Assembly (NCBI GenBank): GCA_045627865.1
Contig: JAZQOK010000028.1
Location: forward strand, 33,653 to 97,652
From: Bacteroidales bacterium
Lineage (GTDB): Bacteria > Bacteroidota > Bacteroidia > Bacteroidales > UBA3663
DNA length: 64,000 nucleotides
Direction of reading: 5' to 3'
In this document: positions 31,340-41,242 of the stretch, piece after piece
Layout of the letters: every line of letters starts with the position of its first letter
Position numbering within the stretch: the stretch's first letter is position 1
Notes under the pieces: model-generated
What the model was told of the DNA's origin: nothing
Database searches by the model: none
The model's input: only the letters and a program-made list of their open reading frames with translations
Position numbers and translations under genes: made by a program

Positions 31340-34300
31340 TAGAAGTTGCTTATGGAATGATTATTTGATGATTGACGTAGTGCTTTCCAAGAATTATGGC
31401 TATAAACATATGGCCTATAACTGGTATTCCCATACGTATTCACGTTGGGGTTAGCCATAGTAGAAGTACTTACAATTTCGCCAGATATGACATAATTTTG
31501 AATCTGCGAAGTATTAGAACCTACCAATCCCATCTCTGTCATAGTGTTATTATGAATACCAGCTGGATTAAATGTAATTGCGGCTGCGTCTGTCATCATA
31601 GAGGCGACTTGAGCCAAAGCACCGCCTAAAGAATGTCCAGCAAAGGACAATTCCTCTCCTGGGGCTAACGATGCCATTTGGGACAATGCGAGTAATGCTG
31701 CCTGTCCATATTGCGTATCCCATATTTCATTCCCCATTCCTTTATATTGGGCAAGATCTAATTGTGCGTCGGTGCCATCATTAGTTCCTGCAAATACAAT
31801 GCAAGTTTCAATGTTTTCTCCACCATTGCTTCTTTGATAAACACCATATTGAAGGCCTGTTTTATCATCAGATGCCAATCGAGTACAATTCCAACCTCCA
31901 GATAGTTCGCCCTCACCATCATACACATGTTTTGCCATTTGTGCTGCTTCAACAGAATCAGGTAACAAGCCAGTTGGATCAATCCACATGATAGGATTAC
32001 CTAAACAATATGCGTATGGACTTACTTCTGGATGTTCCTCTGCCAAAGGGTCTGGTCTATCGAACACAGGCAGAGCAGGAATGAACTGACGGGCTTGGAA
32101 ATCATAAAGGTCGAGACCGTATGTTCTATCTAGCTCTTTTCCGCTATACTTATACTTCTGTGCTTCTTGATTTGAAGACAAATTACCGATGATGCCGCCG
32201 TATGGATAGTAGTGGGTAATTTGTTCGACACTATCTTTGTCGGCATTCACCACCATACGGTTATTGCCCTGATAGTCGGCAATATAGTAATGACACTCGG
32301 GCTTCTTGTCTCCATCGAAAGAGTAGTATCCTCCAGCAAACTGATACATACTTGGCTTGCCATTCTTGAGGATAAGGTTACCGACATAGTCGGTGGAGTC
32401 ACCAATTTGACGGTACGGATTACCACGTTGAAGGAGACTGCTATAAGATGAATTAGGCAAAAGACGATAGTGTTTGGTTCTCAGTCTTCGGCCATCGGCA
32501 GCATAGACATATTCGATAAAATAGTTGTTTGCCAAAGTGATCTTCTTCGGGTTACCCAGCAGGTCGTACTCAATGTTCTGGATTCCTTTGTTTAGATCCA
32601 TGGTCAACGCTCCATTACCATTGTAGGCGTACTCTTGGTCCTTATCGTCGCCATCGACAAAATCGAAGGCACCTTCGTAATCCAAAGACTCATCTACTGC
32701 ATCAGAAACAGAAGAGATCTGGTTGCCGTTATGCTCGATGCTGAGGTCATCGATTAAGCCGAACTTCTTGTCGTTCTTCATACCATAGCGCTGCAGGGAT
32801 GTGATATTGGTGTTGGCATCGTAAGCGATGGCTTCGGTGTAGTTGCCATTTATCTTGCTGAATTTAAAGATACCTGTAGCCGTTCCCGGTTTGGATTGTC
32901 CGATGATTCCGCTTGTTGATACAGAAGAGCGGCTGCTTGAAGACATGGCAGGTTCCTCTTCCTGTGCAGTCATGAGGGTAGCATCCGAAAGACTTTCTTC
33001 CGATTCTGGAATGAGTGCCTGCAGTTTTGCAGAAGTAACAATACTGGTTCTTTCATATTGCTGATTTGCAATCAAGTCTATAGGAGTTTCCTTAAAGTCA
33101 ACAATCTGCTTAACAGGAATAAGCTTTGACGTGTAATCTGCTAAAGTCAAGCGGTTCAGGTCATCATACTCGTAGTCATAGCGATTAATACTTCTTTCAT
33201 CTGTTTGCCAAGTCATAGCAGAAATACTACCATCCCAACGTGGATGCTTGCCTTTTGTTTCTCGGTACAGATTCTGTTCGAATCCTCCCTTTGACTTGAT
33301 CTGCGTAGTCCATCCATGCAGATTATCGTAGGCATACGACATATCTGCCGCAGTACCGCTGCGGTTATTGCCAATGATGTGGCCGAAGTCATCGTATGTC
33401 AGGCATTGGAGGGTATCGGTCATGGTGTAGCCAGAATAGTCATCCCATACAGTTATTAACGAAGAAGTCAATAGTTTAGTATGCGGAGCATCGTAATTAT
33501 TTGTTAATGTTGCTTCGAAGATATTGTTGTATGTTCCATATTCTTCTTCATACTCGAAAATTTCGGAAGTTTCCAACGTCACATCTCCGATAAAATTATA
33601 GGAGTAATCGGTTATGGTAAGCTGCTTATTGAGTCCGATTTCACCCTTACGGCATACTCTGCCATAATCATCATAGGCAAAGGTCGTAAGGAGTTCTTCC
33701 CCATTGCTTGCTCGTTGTTTCGTGCCAAGCAGATAACTGTGCTTGTATTTACTGCGTAGCAAATAATAGACAGGGCCTCTATATGTCATTGCATCATAGG
33801 CATCAAGGAATGAATCCTCATCGTAGTAATTGACTATTTCGTCGTATTCTACCTTGTCACCATTGGAGATACATTGTTTCGTCAACCTCCCAAGTCCATC
33901 ATATTCATAGGTGCGGAATTTTCCAGCATCACGCAATATGCCATCCTGCATCTTGATTATGCGATCTGCTCTGTCATACCAATATTCAATAGGCTCACAG
34001 CCTGGCAGCTTCTTGGTTTTGACTCTGCCTCGATTGTCGTAGGTGTATTGGAAGGCATACTTCGCAAGGTTTGGATCTTCCTGATACTTTGGCTGAAGTA
34101 CATAGACCAGTTGACTCAGTTCATTATAAACATAGTAGGTATCATTCTTCTTTCTTTCAGATAGTCTGCGTTCAAGAATGATCCGTCCCATAAAGTCTTT
34201 GAAGATTTGTATAGTGACTCCATCTTCGTCCGATGTTTGAATGTTATATAGAGTACAATACTTGTAATACTCTTTTCCCGTCATATTGGACAGAGTGTAC

Positions 34301-34767
34301 TTCTTTACCTCATTAGGTTGGTTGCTTAAATAGTTGAATCTTTTCCCCTTTGTATTCCAAGCTTCGCCTGGAGTTGAGACAAGAATCTGTCGGTCCAACC
34401 CATCATAAGTAATTTGAGAGAATCCTTGATTATCTCCGTAGATACTTTGACTGGCACTTGCGATTGTAGACGGCATGATATAATCAGGAGTCGCACCGCC
34501 AGTTATTGGTGCCCAGATTTTGGACTCTCTCCCAGCACCATCATAATGGGTGTATGAGAGTAGATATTTACCTGAGGTGTTGACGCCACCAACGACCGAC
34601 TCATTTGGTCGGCCTAATCCATCATAATATTGCACAGAAACAATAGAATCTGTCTGGGTTCCGTTCAAATAGGAGATTGTTTTGACATAGTTATAATCGT
34701 TGTTTTGTGCTATGATAGATGTACTTGTTGTGGCGACCAACAATATTATTGAAAGATATCTTTTCAT
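31339..34767 (-). CDS. Rhs/YD-repeat polymorphic toxin (DUF6443-type N-terminus) with lipase C-terminal tip
   Basis: Signal peptide; QYYDGLGRP; YD repeats; YKYSGKELD...PDPLAE...NPIMWIDPTG; tip FAGTN...GHSLGG...TFNPAG. Confidence 0.92.
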   Translation of the reverse strand: MKRYLSIILLVATTSTSIIAQNNDYNYVKTISYLNGTQTDSIVSVQYYDGLGRPNESVVGGVNTSGKYLLSYTHYDGAGRESKIWAPITGGATPDYIMPSTIASASQSIYGDNQGFSQITYDGLDRQILVSTPGEAWNTKGKRFNYLSNQPNEVKKYTLSNMTGKEYYKYCTLYNIQTSDEDGVTIQIFKDFMGRIILERRLSERKKNDTYYVYNELSQLVYVLQPKYQEDPNLAKYAFQYTYDNRGRVKTKKLPGCEPIEYWYDRADRIIKMQDGILRDAGKFRTYEYDGLGRLTKQCISNGDKVEYDEIVNYYDEDSFLDAYDAMTYRGPVYYLLRSKYKHSYLLGTKQRASNGEELLTTFAYDDYGRVCRKGEIGLNKQLTITDYSYNFIGDVTLETSEIFEYEEEYGTYNNIFEATLTNNYDAPHTKLLTSSLITVWDDYSGYTMTDTLQCLTYDDFGHIIGNNRSGTAADMSYAYDNLHGWTTQIKSKGGFEQNLYRETKGKHPRWDGSISAMTWQTDERSINRYDYEYDDLNRLTLADYTSKLIPVKQIVDFKETPIDLIANQQYERTSIVTSAKLQALIPESEESLSDATLMTAQEEEPAMSSSSRSSVSTSGIIGQSKPGTATGIFKFSKINGNYTEAIAYDANTNITSLQRYGMKNDKKFGLIDDLSIEHNGNQISSVSDAVDESLDYEGAFDFVDGDDKDQEYAYNGNGALTMDLNKGIQNIEYDLLGNPKKITLANNYFIEYVYAADGRRLRTKHYRLLPNSSYSSLLQRGNPYRQIGDSTDYVGNLILKNGKPSMYQFAGGYYSFDGDKKPECHYYIADYQGNNRMVVNADKDSVEQITHYYPYGGIIGNLSSNQEAQKYKYSGKELDRTYGLDLYDFQARQFIPALPVFDRPDPLAEEHPEVSPYAYCLGNPIMWIDPTGLLPDSVEAAQMAKHVYDGEGELSGGWNCTRLASDDKTGLQYGVYQRSNGGENIETCIVFAGTNDGTDAQLDLAQYKGMGNEIWDTQYGQAALLALSQMASLAPGEELSFAGHSLGGALAQVASMMTDAAAITFNPAGIHNNTMTEMGLVGSNTSQIQNYVISGEIVSTSTMANPNVNTYGNTSYRPYVYSHNSWKALRQSSNNHSISNF

Positions 34768-34787
34768 TTCTTTTATTGTTGTTTACG

Positions 34788-37700
34788 TTACTTATTATTG
34801 TGATATTGGTATGAGGATATGACTTTACCTTTTGTATCCCAGACCGACATTAATCGACCGAATCCGTCATAGTCAAATTTCGTTGTCGTACCATTAGGCA
34901 TTGTTTGCGAAGTCATTCCCACTAATGGTTTGTAGGTGTAGGTCGTTACTAATCCACCAGCATCAGAAAGACTGCTTCTAATAGTATTGTAGTTTTCTAC
35001 TGACGGTTCTGATTTCGATTGCAATACAGAAATAAAAGAAGATGTAAGAATGCCTTCTACTATTGAGTAAGTTAAACCCTCAATCTTGGCAATAGGATAA
35101 TTCCCTTGATAAGACCAAAGATATACTATATTGTTTGTACTGTCTTTGACGATAGACTTTACATTTCCGTTGTCAAAGTATCCATATCGTACTCGTTCTC
35201 GCATGTTATAAGATCCAACGGACTCAGATGTAGACGACAGCCTATAGTTTCCATAATTCAGTTGATATTGATTCCTTGTGGTTATTATCTTTGTTTTTAC
35301 CCCATTGAAGATTGCAGACTCTGTTTTTTGAACAACGGCATTTGCTATATGATGTTTGTTCATCATATCTTGGCTTGTGCTGCTGCTATCGGTTGAAGTG
35401 TATATATAATCTGTATTATGGAAGGTGTTAGTCCCAAGTACAGTGTTTTCGATGGTCTTGAGTTGATGATTGATTGCGTCGTAAGAGTAAGATGTAGAGT
35501 CTCGTGATGACAAATACATTTTGCCATCATCATCATTGACGTATTCATTTACAACACGCGTTTTGAGTCGATTTTGAAACCTATGGAATGAATAGACAGA
35601 AATGCGATTGCGGCCATAATCATAATTCAAGTTATTAGGAAAAATCGGCTCTATTATATAATTCATCTTGTATGACTCGTAATTTGGAACATTATACTCA
35701 TAATTTTCTTCACGTATAATATTGTTATAGTCATCAATGTATTCCTTTTTTATAAGATTACCATTATCTTTCCTTATAATGCTAGATTTATAGCCATCAT
35801 CTATGTTACATCCAATAGTGTCGTTTTGAAAATATGATATCTCTTTTTTTCTTTGCCCATCGATTGTTGTGATGAATTTTTCAACACGCGAATAGCCGAC
35901 ATCGTTTGGAGACACAATTGAGGCAAAAGATGTCAGTCTTTGTGCACTGCTGCCTAGTCGCAAAATTCCATATATTGATGCCCAATTAGGGTCTTCTACT
36001 ACAAAGTAGGTATATGAATCAAAACCTAAAGGATTTATGAGCTTTCCGCTAGAAGTGCCATCAGAATTTGTATATTTATACTCTGTGCTCTCCAGTTTAG
36101 TCCCATTTTTGTCATAACTATTAATCGCTTTGATACGTAAACCTGCACCTTTGGCAGTCTCATAGCCCGACTTAATTGTTACAGGATTGGAATTTTCTAG
36201 TTTGCCAGAGACATAGCCATTTTCTTTTCCTTTAGAAGATATTGAAGTTACAAGCATATACGTACCTTTGGGTAAATCTACATCGATTGACTTAGTATAG
36301 TTATTAGTGGTATATACATTCACATTATCATTTCCACTGAGCCCAATTTTATATTGTTTAGGATTTTTGTAGGATTCCTGACCTATCCGGTATAGCTCAA
36401 CATACAAAGAAGTGCCAGGTTCTAACGATGCAAGGTTACCAGAATTTGCCTGAAAAACTGCGGTCAATTTGCCCGTAAAATCTTTCTGAAAAGTGATTTC
36501 TTGATGATTGGCATCAATTGACACAGATGAAACAAACCAGGCAAATGATTCAACATTGTTACTTCCTGCAGTTCCTGCAGCAAGGTTATTCAAAAAATAT
36601 TTCCTATAAGAGTTCGGTTCGTATTGGAAGATAGTATATCCTTTTGTTGGGTATGTTATTTGCGTAAGAATAAATGCATCCATCGTTTTTTCATTAGGCA
36701 AGCGATTTCCTCCATCATTCGAATATCTTTTTACGATAACAGGATTGATGTCGCAATATTGAAGAGAGGGAATCATCGTGTTTTTATAAACGGTCGTGTT
36801 TCGATTTTTGTTTTCTTGACCATTATAATATCCCCACATATCTATTGCGCAAGAAGTTTTAAGCGGAAAGTCTTTACTCTCATTGTATCCAAACGAATAG
36901 ACTTGATCTTCTTCTCCTTTGGCAGCAAAAGAAACTGATTTCAACTTAAGACGTTTCGAAAGGACTGACTTTAACGTCTTATCATCAAGATATCTGAATC
37001 TTCCTTCAAGATAATCACCACCAGTATTCGTATTTGAAACAAAATAGCCATAATCAAATTTTATGAATTTGATTATGTCATTTGTCAATTTTGATTTAGC
37101 TATAATCGAATTTAGCTTTCTACCCTTATGAAGGTCCTCTCTTTCACTCGTTATGAATGATACAGTCTGTTCTTTTGTTTCTATTGAAGACAAATATGGC
37201 TTCTCCGTATAATGATTATCATGTGAAAAATATTCATTTTTATGGTCATAGAATTGTGCGGCAATATCTGTTGAGGCTATCATCTCCAACTCAATTTCTT
37301 CCTTTTCTGATCTCCTTGGTCCCAACCACATACGCGAAGGGGATTCGTATTTGAATTCCATTAAATTTCCCTGAGGACTGATAATTTTGCTTATGTACCA
37401 GACTGAATTATACATTTCACTATTTCGAAAACTGGATTTTTCAACAACATCAAAGTAATAGATATATCCGTTTCCGTCTGCAACTGTCCATGCGCTAATT
37501 TTATTAGTTACTGGAAATCCAGAGTTGTTTATTTCACTTTCAATCGTAAAATATCCGTTTTCAGGACCGATAATTATTGCTTTTTTAGTTTCAGGATCTA
37601 GGAAGAAAAGAAGACTCGCGTTGGGAAGAGCAACAGAATAAAAGTCTAATTCTGTTAATCCGTTATTTCTGTCACTGACAACTCCTCTCAGATATCGGTT

Positions 37701-38123
37701 AGTTGTATAAAAATAGTCACTTTGGCTCTTTATTGAGTCAAGTATTTCGCTATAATTACTTCTGCTATTGACCTCTGTCCAATCAAACCCACCATTAGGA
37801 ATCAAAGATACACAGCCGCCAACATTAAAATCCCAATTAAGACCTACCCATGAAGCCTCACTGTTGACCTTAACACCTCGTGAATCATAATTGATAACCA
37901 ATGGTAGCTCTATATCTTTATACTGGAGTTTATACAATGGAACATTGATGTTTGCTGTGCCTGTGTATTCTCCAACATTGAAACGACCCTGTCGTTCGAA
38001 ACTAGTTGCTTCTGGGGACTTTTGTATTAAATAATCGTATTTTATATTATTTTCTGCAATCAGTTCGTCATTGTAGGAACTCAATGATAAAACAATAACT
38101 ACCAGTATAATACTTTTTTTCAT
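34788..38123 (-). CDS. Large secreted YD-repeat partner of the Rhs toxin (shell-forming, TcB-analogous)
   Basis: Signal peptide; SPEATSF...YTGTANINVPLY...ASWVGLNW, DMWGYYNG, GAGLRIK, TTYTYKPLVG...YDGFGRL; no toxin tip. Confidence 0.8.
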   Translation of the reverse strand: MKKSIILVVIVLSLSSYNDELIAENNIKYDYLIQKSPEATSFERQGRFNVGEYTGTANINVPLYKLQYKDIELPLVINYDSRGVKVNSEASWVGLNWDFNVGGCVSLIPNGGFDWTEVNSRSNYSEILDSIKSQSDYFYTTNRYLRGVVSDRNNGLTELDFYSVALPNASLLFFLDPETKKAIIIGPENGYFTIESEINNSGFPVTNKISAWTVADGNGYIYYFDVVEKSSFRNSEMYNSVWYISKIISPQGNLMEFKYESPSRMWLGPRRSEKEEIELEMIASTDIAAQFYDHKNEYFSHDNHYTEKPYLSSIETKEQTVSFITSEREDLHKGRKLNSIIAKSKLTNDIIKFIKFDYGYFVSNTNTGGDYLEGRFRYLDDKTLKSVLSKRLKLKSVSFAAKGEEDQVYSFGYNESKDFPLKTSCAIDMWGYYNGQENKNRNTTVYKNTMIPSLQYCDINPVIVKRYSNDGGNRLPNEKTMDAFILTQITYPTKGYTIFQYEPNSYRKYFLNNLAAGTAGSNNVESFAWFVSSVSIDANHQEITFQKDFTGKLTAVFQANSGNLASLEPGTSLYVELYRIGQESYKNPKQYKIGLSGNDNVNVYTTNNYTKSIDVDLPKGTYMLVTSISSKGKENGYVSGKLENSNPVTIKSGYETAKGAGLRIKAINSYDKNGTKLESTEYKYTNSDGTSSGKLINPLGFDSYTYFVVEDPNWASIYGILRLGSSAQRLTSFASIVSPNDVGYSRVEKFITTIDGQRKKEISYFQNDTIGCNIDDGYKSSIIRKDNGNLIKKEYIDDYNNIIREENYEYNVPNYESYKMNYIIEPIFPNNLNYDYGRNRISVYSFHRFQNRLKTRVVNEYVNDDDGKMYLSSRDSTSYSYDAINHQLKTIENTVLGTNTFHNTDYIYTSTDSSSTSQDMMNKHHIANAVVQKTESAIFNGVKTKIITTRNQYQLNYGNYRLSSTSESVGSYNMRERVRYGYFDNGNVKSIVKDSTNNIVYLWSYQGNYPIAKIEGLTYSIVEGILTSSFISVLQSKSEPSVENYNTIRSSLSDAGGLVTTYTYKPLVGMTSQTMPNGTTTKFDYDGFGRLMSVWDTKGKVISSYQYHNNK

Positions 38124-38144
38124 ACCTGAATATTCATGTGGGGG

Positions 38145-39209
38145 TTACTCATATACTTTTATTGTTATCTCTTGCTCTCTACACTTGATGTTCAACATAA
38201 GTGTGTTTCCGATAGGACGGCGTGACAAAGTTAGGCTTTCTTGCCATTCTCCTGCCTCTTGATTGTTATGGTGGGCGTGACCGAGAATGTTACCGAGTAT
38301 GTCGCAGGCACAGAAGTCGATGCTGCCTTCTCCATCGAGAGTATAGCAGATGTCCAGTCGTGTTCCGTCGGCAGAAAGACCTGCATTGATTGAAGCCAAA
38401 GCAGATTTTGTGGATGCTTGAGCTGCAGCATTAGCAGCATCGGCAATCGTTACTTGATTCAAGATGGAGTCATTGACTGCATCTTCGGCCAATTCCATCT
38501 GCATGACTGGCAGGAAGAGATAGGTCACGCTGTCAAAGGGCATAGTGGCTGAGTCTTCGGCCACGGTTGCCCATCTTATTGATTCCATGATGGGATAGCG
38601 ATAGCCGGCACAATACCAGCTGTAACGGTCGCATTGGATCTGGAATTCAATGGTGTCGCCAGCAAAATAAGTGTCAGTATAGTCGTCAAAGAAATGAATC
38701 CTCGTGATGTGTGGAATAGTGTCTTCTCCATCAGTCAGCATACCCATGCCATCGGCCACAGAATATCCCCAACCAGAACGTGAGGTTTTGATGTTCTCCT
38801 CTCTGCCTTGCCCCAAGAAAGAACCGGAGAGGCTGTCCCCGTACTGAAAAGGGTAACGGAGCATGGGCCTTTCCTGACTGTAGAGACAAAAGGCACGACG
38901 GCTCTGCTCTCCTTTGTCAACGAGCGTGTCGCCATGCACCAAATAATGTTGGATCCGTCCTCGTTCAAAGATGGCAATGGTGTCTCTGGCCGACGCAATG
39001 GTCTGCAGGAAATCCTGACTCTCTTTTGTCATCCGACCTAAAGGCCAGACTTCATTCGGTCCACCATCACCAGGAGCAACGTAATCCACTTGTACTTTAC
39101 ACAGTTTATCACCAGTTCTAAAGCTGTTTGCCTCGGAACTGATCGGTATCTGTGCAGTCATAGTATGCCAACAGCAAACCATGACAACAGTTGATAAAAA
39201 CAATTTCAT
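38145..39209 (-). CDS. Secreted protein with a T9SS CTD-like C-terminus, first gene of the Rhs module
   Basis: Signal peptide; YPFQYGD, WYCAGYRYP; tail CDILGN...TLMLNIKC...TIKV resembles a degenerate type A sorting domain. Confidence 0.65.
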   Translation of the reverse strand: MKLFLSTVVMVCCWHTMTAQIPISSEANSFRTGDKLCKVQVDYVAPGDGGPNEVWPLGRMTKESQDFLQTIASARDTIAIFERGRIQHYLVHGDTLVDKGEQSRRAFCLYSQERPMLRYPFQYGDSLSGSFLGQGREENIKTSRSGWGYSVADGMGMLTDGEDTIPHITRIHFFDDYTDTYFAGDTIEFQIQCDRYSWYCAGYRYPIMESIRWATVAEDSATMPFDSVTYLFLPVMQMELAEDAVNDSILNQVTIADAANAAAQASTKSALASINAGLSADGTRLDICYTLDGEGSIDFCACDILGNILGHAHHNNQEAGEWQESLTLSRRPIGNTLMLNIKCREQEITIKVYE

Positions 39210-39535
39210 TAGTAATATCCCAAAATAATGTTTATTTATATATATTTGTTTTTAGTTATAAGTTGCTATTGCGATCAAAAAGATACAGAATCTTTATCGA
39301 GTCTCAACAACAAGTAGCAAGTATGAATGGCTATCTTTCTGGCATATAGACAGATTTTCTTAACCATAATCAATTGCAAATGTATTTCTTCGTTTGGAAA
39401 GTATAACGGAACTCATAAAAAAATAAAATAAAAAGATATAAATTAGCAAAAATAATACACAAAAACGCACTTCCGCTTTGCAAAAATAAATCGAATAATG
39501 GTAACTGCATCAATAAACAAAGCAATTATTTAAAA

Positions 39536-39758
39536 AGGAAAAGAGAGGTTCTCACGAATCCCTCTTTTCCTTGAAAAAACATTTACTAAACATTCTTGAT
39601 TCATAATCCGAAGATTATTGAACTCTATTACCTAAAATCACATTTATAAAATAAACACTCTTACATTACATTTGGGTTCTAAAACACATTTGGGCATATA
39701 AAACTTAATACACACTTGATATATAATTGCGGACTATATATTGTCTTTTTTGTTTTGC
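39536..39758 (-). ncRNA. Candidate small RNA 1 (~220 nt)
   Basis: Promoter TTTG(39794-39791)-N20-TATCTTTG(39770-39763), no substantial ORF, terminator 39536-39572; 3' part paralogous to candidate 2. Confidence 0.6.
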
Positions 39759-40062
39759 ACTGCAAAGATAGGGCGAATTACTGAGCCCTCCAAATATTTT
39801 CACAAAAAAATGCAATTTTGTGTGCAATTTTATATAATTTGTTGCATTTTTATGTTGCGCAACATATTTTTTGGTAGTTAAAGGACAAAAATTCTCAAAA
39901 AAAGTAACGAATCAAGTCCAAAACAAGAAATTTGGTGCTTTCCGAAAGTCGGTCAGCAACAAATTGCAAGTTTAAATCAGATCTGTTGGATCAGCTTCTT
40001 CAATCTCAAGAAGAGTTCTCTAACTCTATTGAAAATGGAAATCAAAGATAACAAATAGAGGG

Positions 40063-40208
40063 GGAAAACGAGAAAGAGGGGTTCTCACGAATCCCTCTTT
40101 CTTAATGAAAAAACATTACTAACAAAAACATTCGGTTTTAACCTAATCTTATTCGATTATTTCTACCTTTATTCATCGCTACTTTCGCGATGATATTTCA
40201 CATTTTCC
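40063..40208 (-). ncRNA. Candidate small RNA 2 (~140 nt)
   Basis: Promoter TTTG(40244-40241)-N20-TATCTTTG(40220-40213), 5' hairpin ATCGC..GCGAT, terminator 40070-40102 with the same TTCGTGAGAA core as candidate 1. Confidence 0.6.
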
Positions 40209-40346
40209 GCGGCAAAGATAATGCACAAATTTCACATAAACAAATTTTCGGGCAAAATATTACACTAATTGTATTATTTTGCCCGAATTATTCTTAAAAA
40301 TATGCTGCAGAGCATCAATTTTCTCTGTTAAGAAATCGATTTCGAC

Positions 40347-41141
40347 TCAGAAACAAATCGAAACGCCGTCACGCTGTTCTTCGTCGTACTGAGACTCGTC
40401 AAACTCAAATTGTTCCAACGAAAGCCTGCCATCCTGCATCACAGCATAACTGAAATGCTGTATCCAATCACCGATAATCATCAGGCGGGTTTGGCGCGAC
40501 ATCATCAGATCTAACATAATGTGACGATGACCGAAAATAAAATAATCAGGTGCAGGATTCTGCTTTATGTAGTTTTTGGCGAAAATAACTTGATATTCCT
40601 TATCTTCGCCAAGGAAATCTGGGAACTTGCCTCCTGTCACGCGGCTATGGGTACTCCATTTATGCGCAAGAGCAGTTGCCCAATCCGGATAAATCCAGCT
40701 GAACATCCGCTGACAGATGCGACTATGGAAGAATCCATTCATGAATTTGAACGCAGCCGTATCATGTCCCAGTCCATCGCCATGAGCCAGATAACAGGAC
40801 TTGCCCTGAATCTCAAACAAACCTCCCTGTCGATGCACCTTGACGCCTGTCTCCTCTTCGATGTAACCAAAGGTCCAGATATCATGATTTCCCGTAAACC
40901 AATGCACCTCAATACCGGCATCGGTGAATTCGCCCAGTTTACCAAGGAAACGGGTGAATCCCTTTGGGACAACATATTTATATTCGAACCAATAATCGAT
41001 CACATCACCCAGCAGGTAGAGGGTCTGACAGTCCTCTTTGATGCTATCCAGAAAGCGTACCACCCTGCGTTCGTAATCCAGAGGATTCTCGAACGTCTGG
41101 GCGCCAAGATGCATATCCGATATGAAATAAACTTTCTTCAT
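40347..41141 (-). CDS. lpxH: UDP-2,3-diacylglucosamine diphosphatase
   Basis: ISDMHLG, LLGDVIDYWFEY, FTGNHD, AHGDGLG, FGHRH, IGDW. Confidence 0.88.
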   Translation of the reverse strand: MKKVYFISDMHLGAQTFENPLDYERRVVRFLDSIKEDCQTLYLLGDVIDYWFEYKYVVPKGFTRFLGKLGEFTDAGIEVHWFTGNHDIWTFGYIEEETGVKVHRQGGLFEIQGKSCYLAHGDGLGHDTAAFKFMNGFFHSRICQRMFSWIYPDWATALAHKWSTHSRVTGGKFPDFLGEDKEYQVIFAKNYIKQNPAPDYFIFGHRHIMLDLMMSRQTRLMIIGDWIQHFSYAVMQDGRLSLEQFEFDESQYDEEQRDGVSICF

Positions 41142-41242
41142 TGCTTATAAAAAGCCTAATCTTATATTTTTTAAGGGGCACATCCCCTACACCCTGCTAA
41201 AGCCCAACTGGCGTTGGGTCCCGAGGAGGCAAAATTAGAGGC

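Noticed and set aside
28969..32400. Diversity-generating retroelement-like template/variable repeat pair
   Set aside because: No reverse transcriptase in the window, and differences are not confined to adenines; ordinary Rhs orphan homology explains the repeat
39932..40051. 39-codon TTG-started ORF between the two sRNA candidates
   Set aside because: No clear promoter, leader or motif; expected by chance
40247..40287. 13-bp inverted repeat as an invertible promoter
   Set aside because: It encloses only 15 bp, excludes the promoter and has no recombinase nearby; more likely the lpxH terminator or an operator
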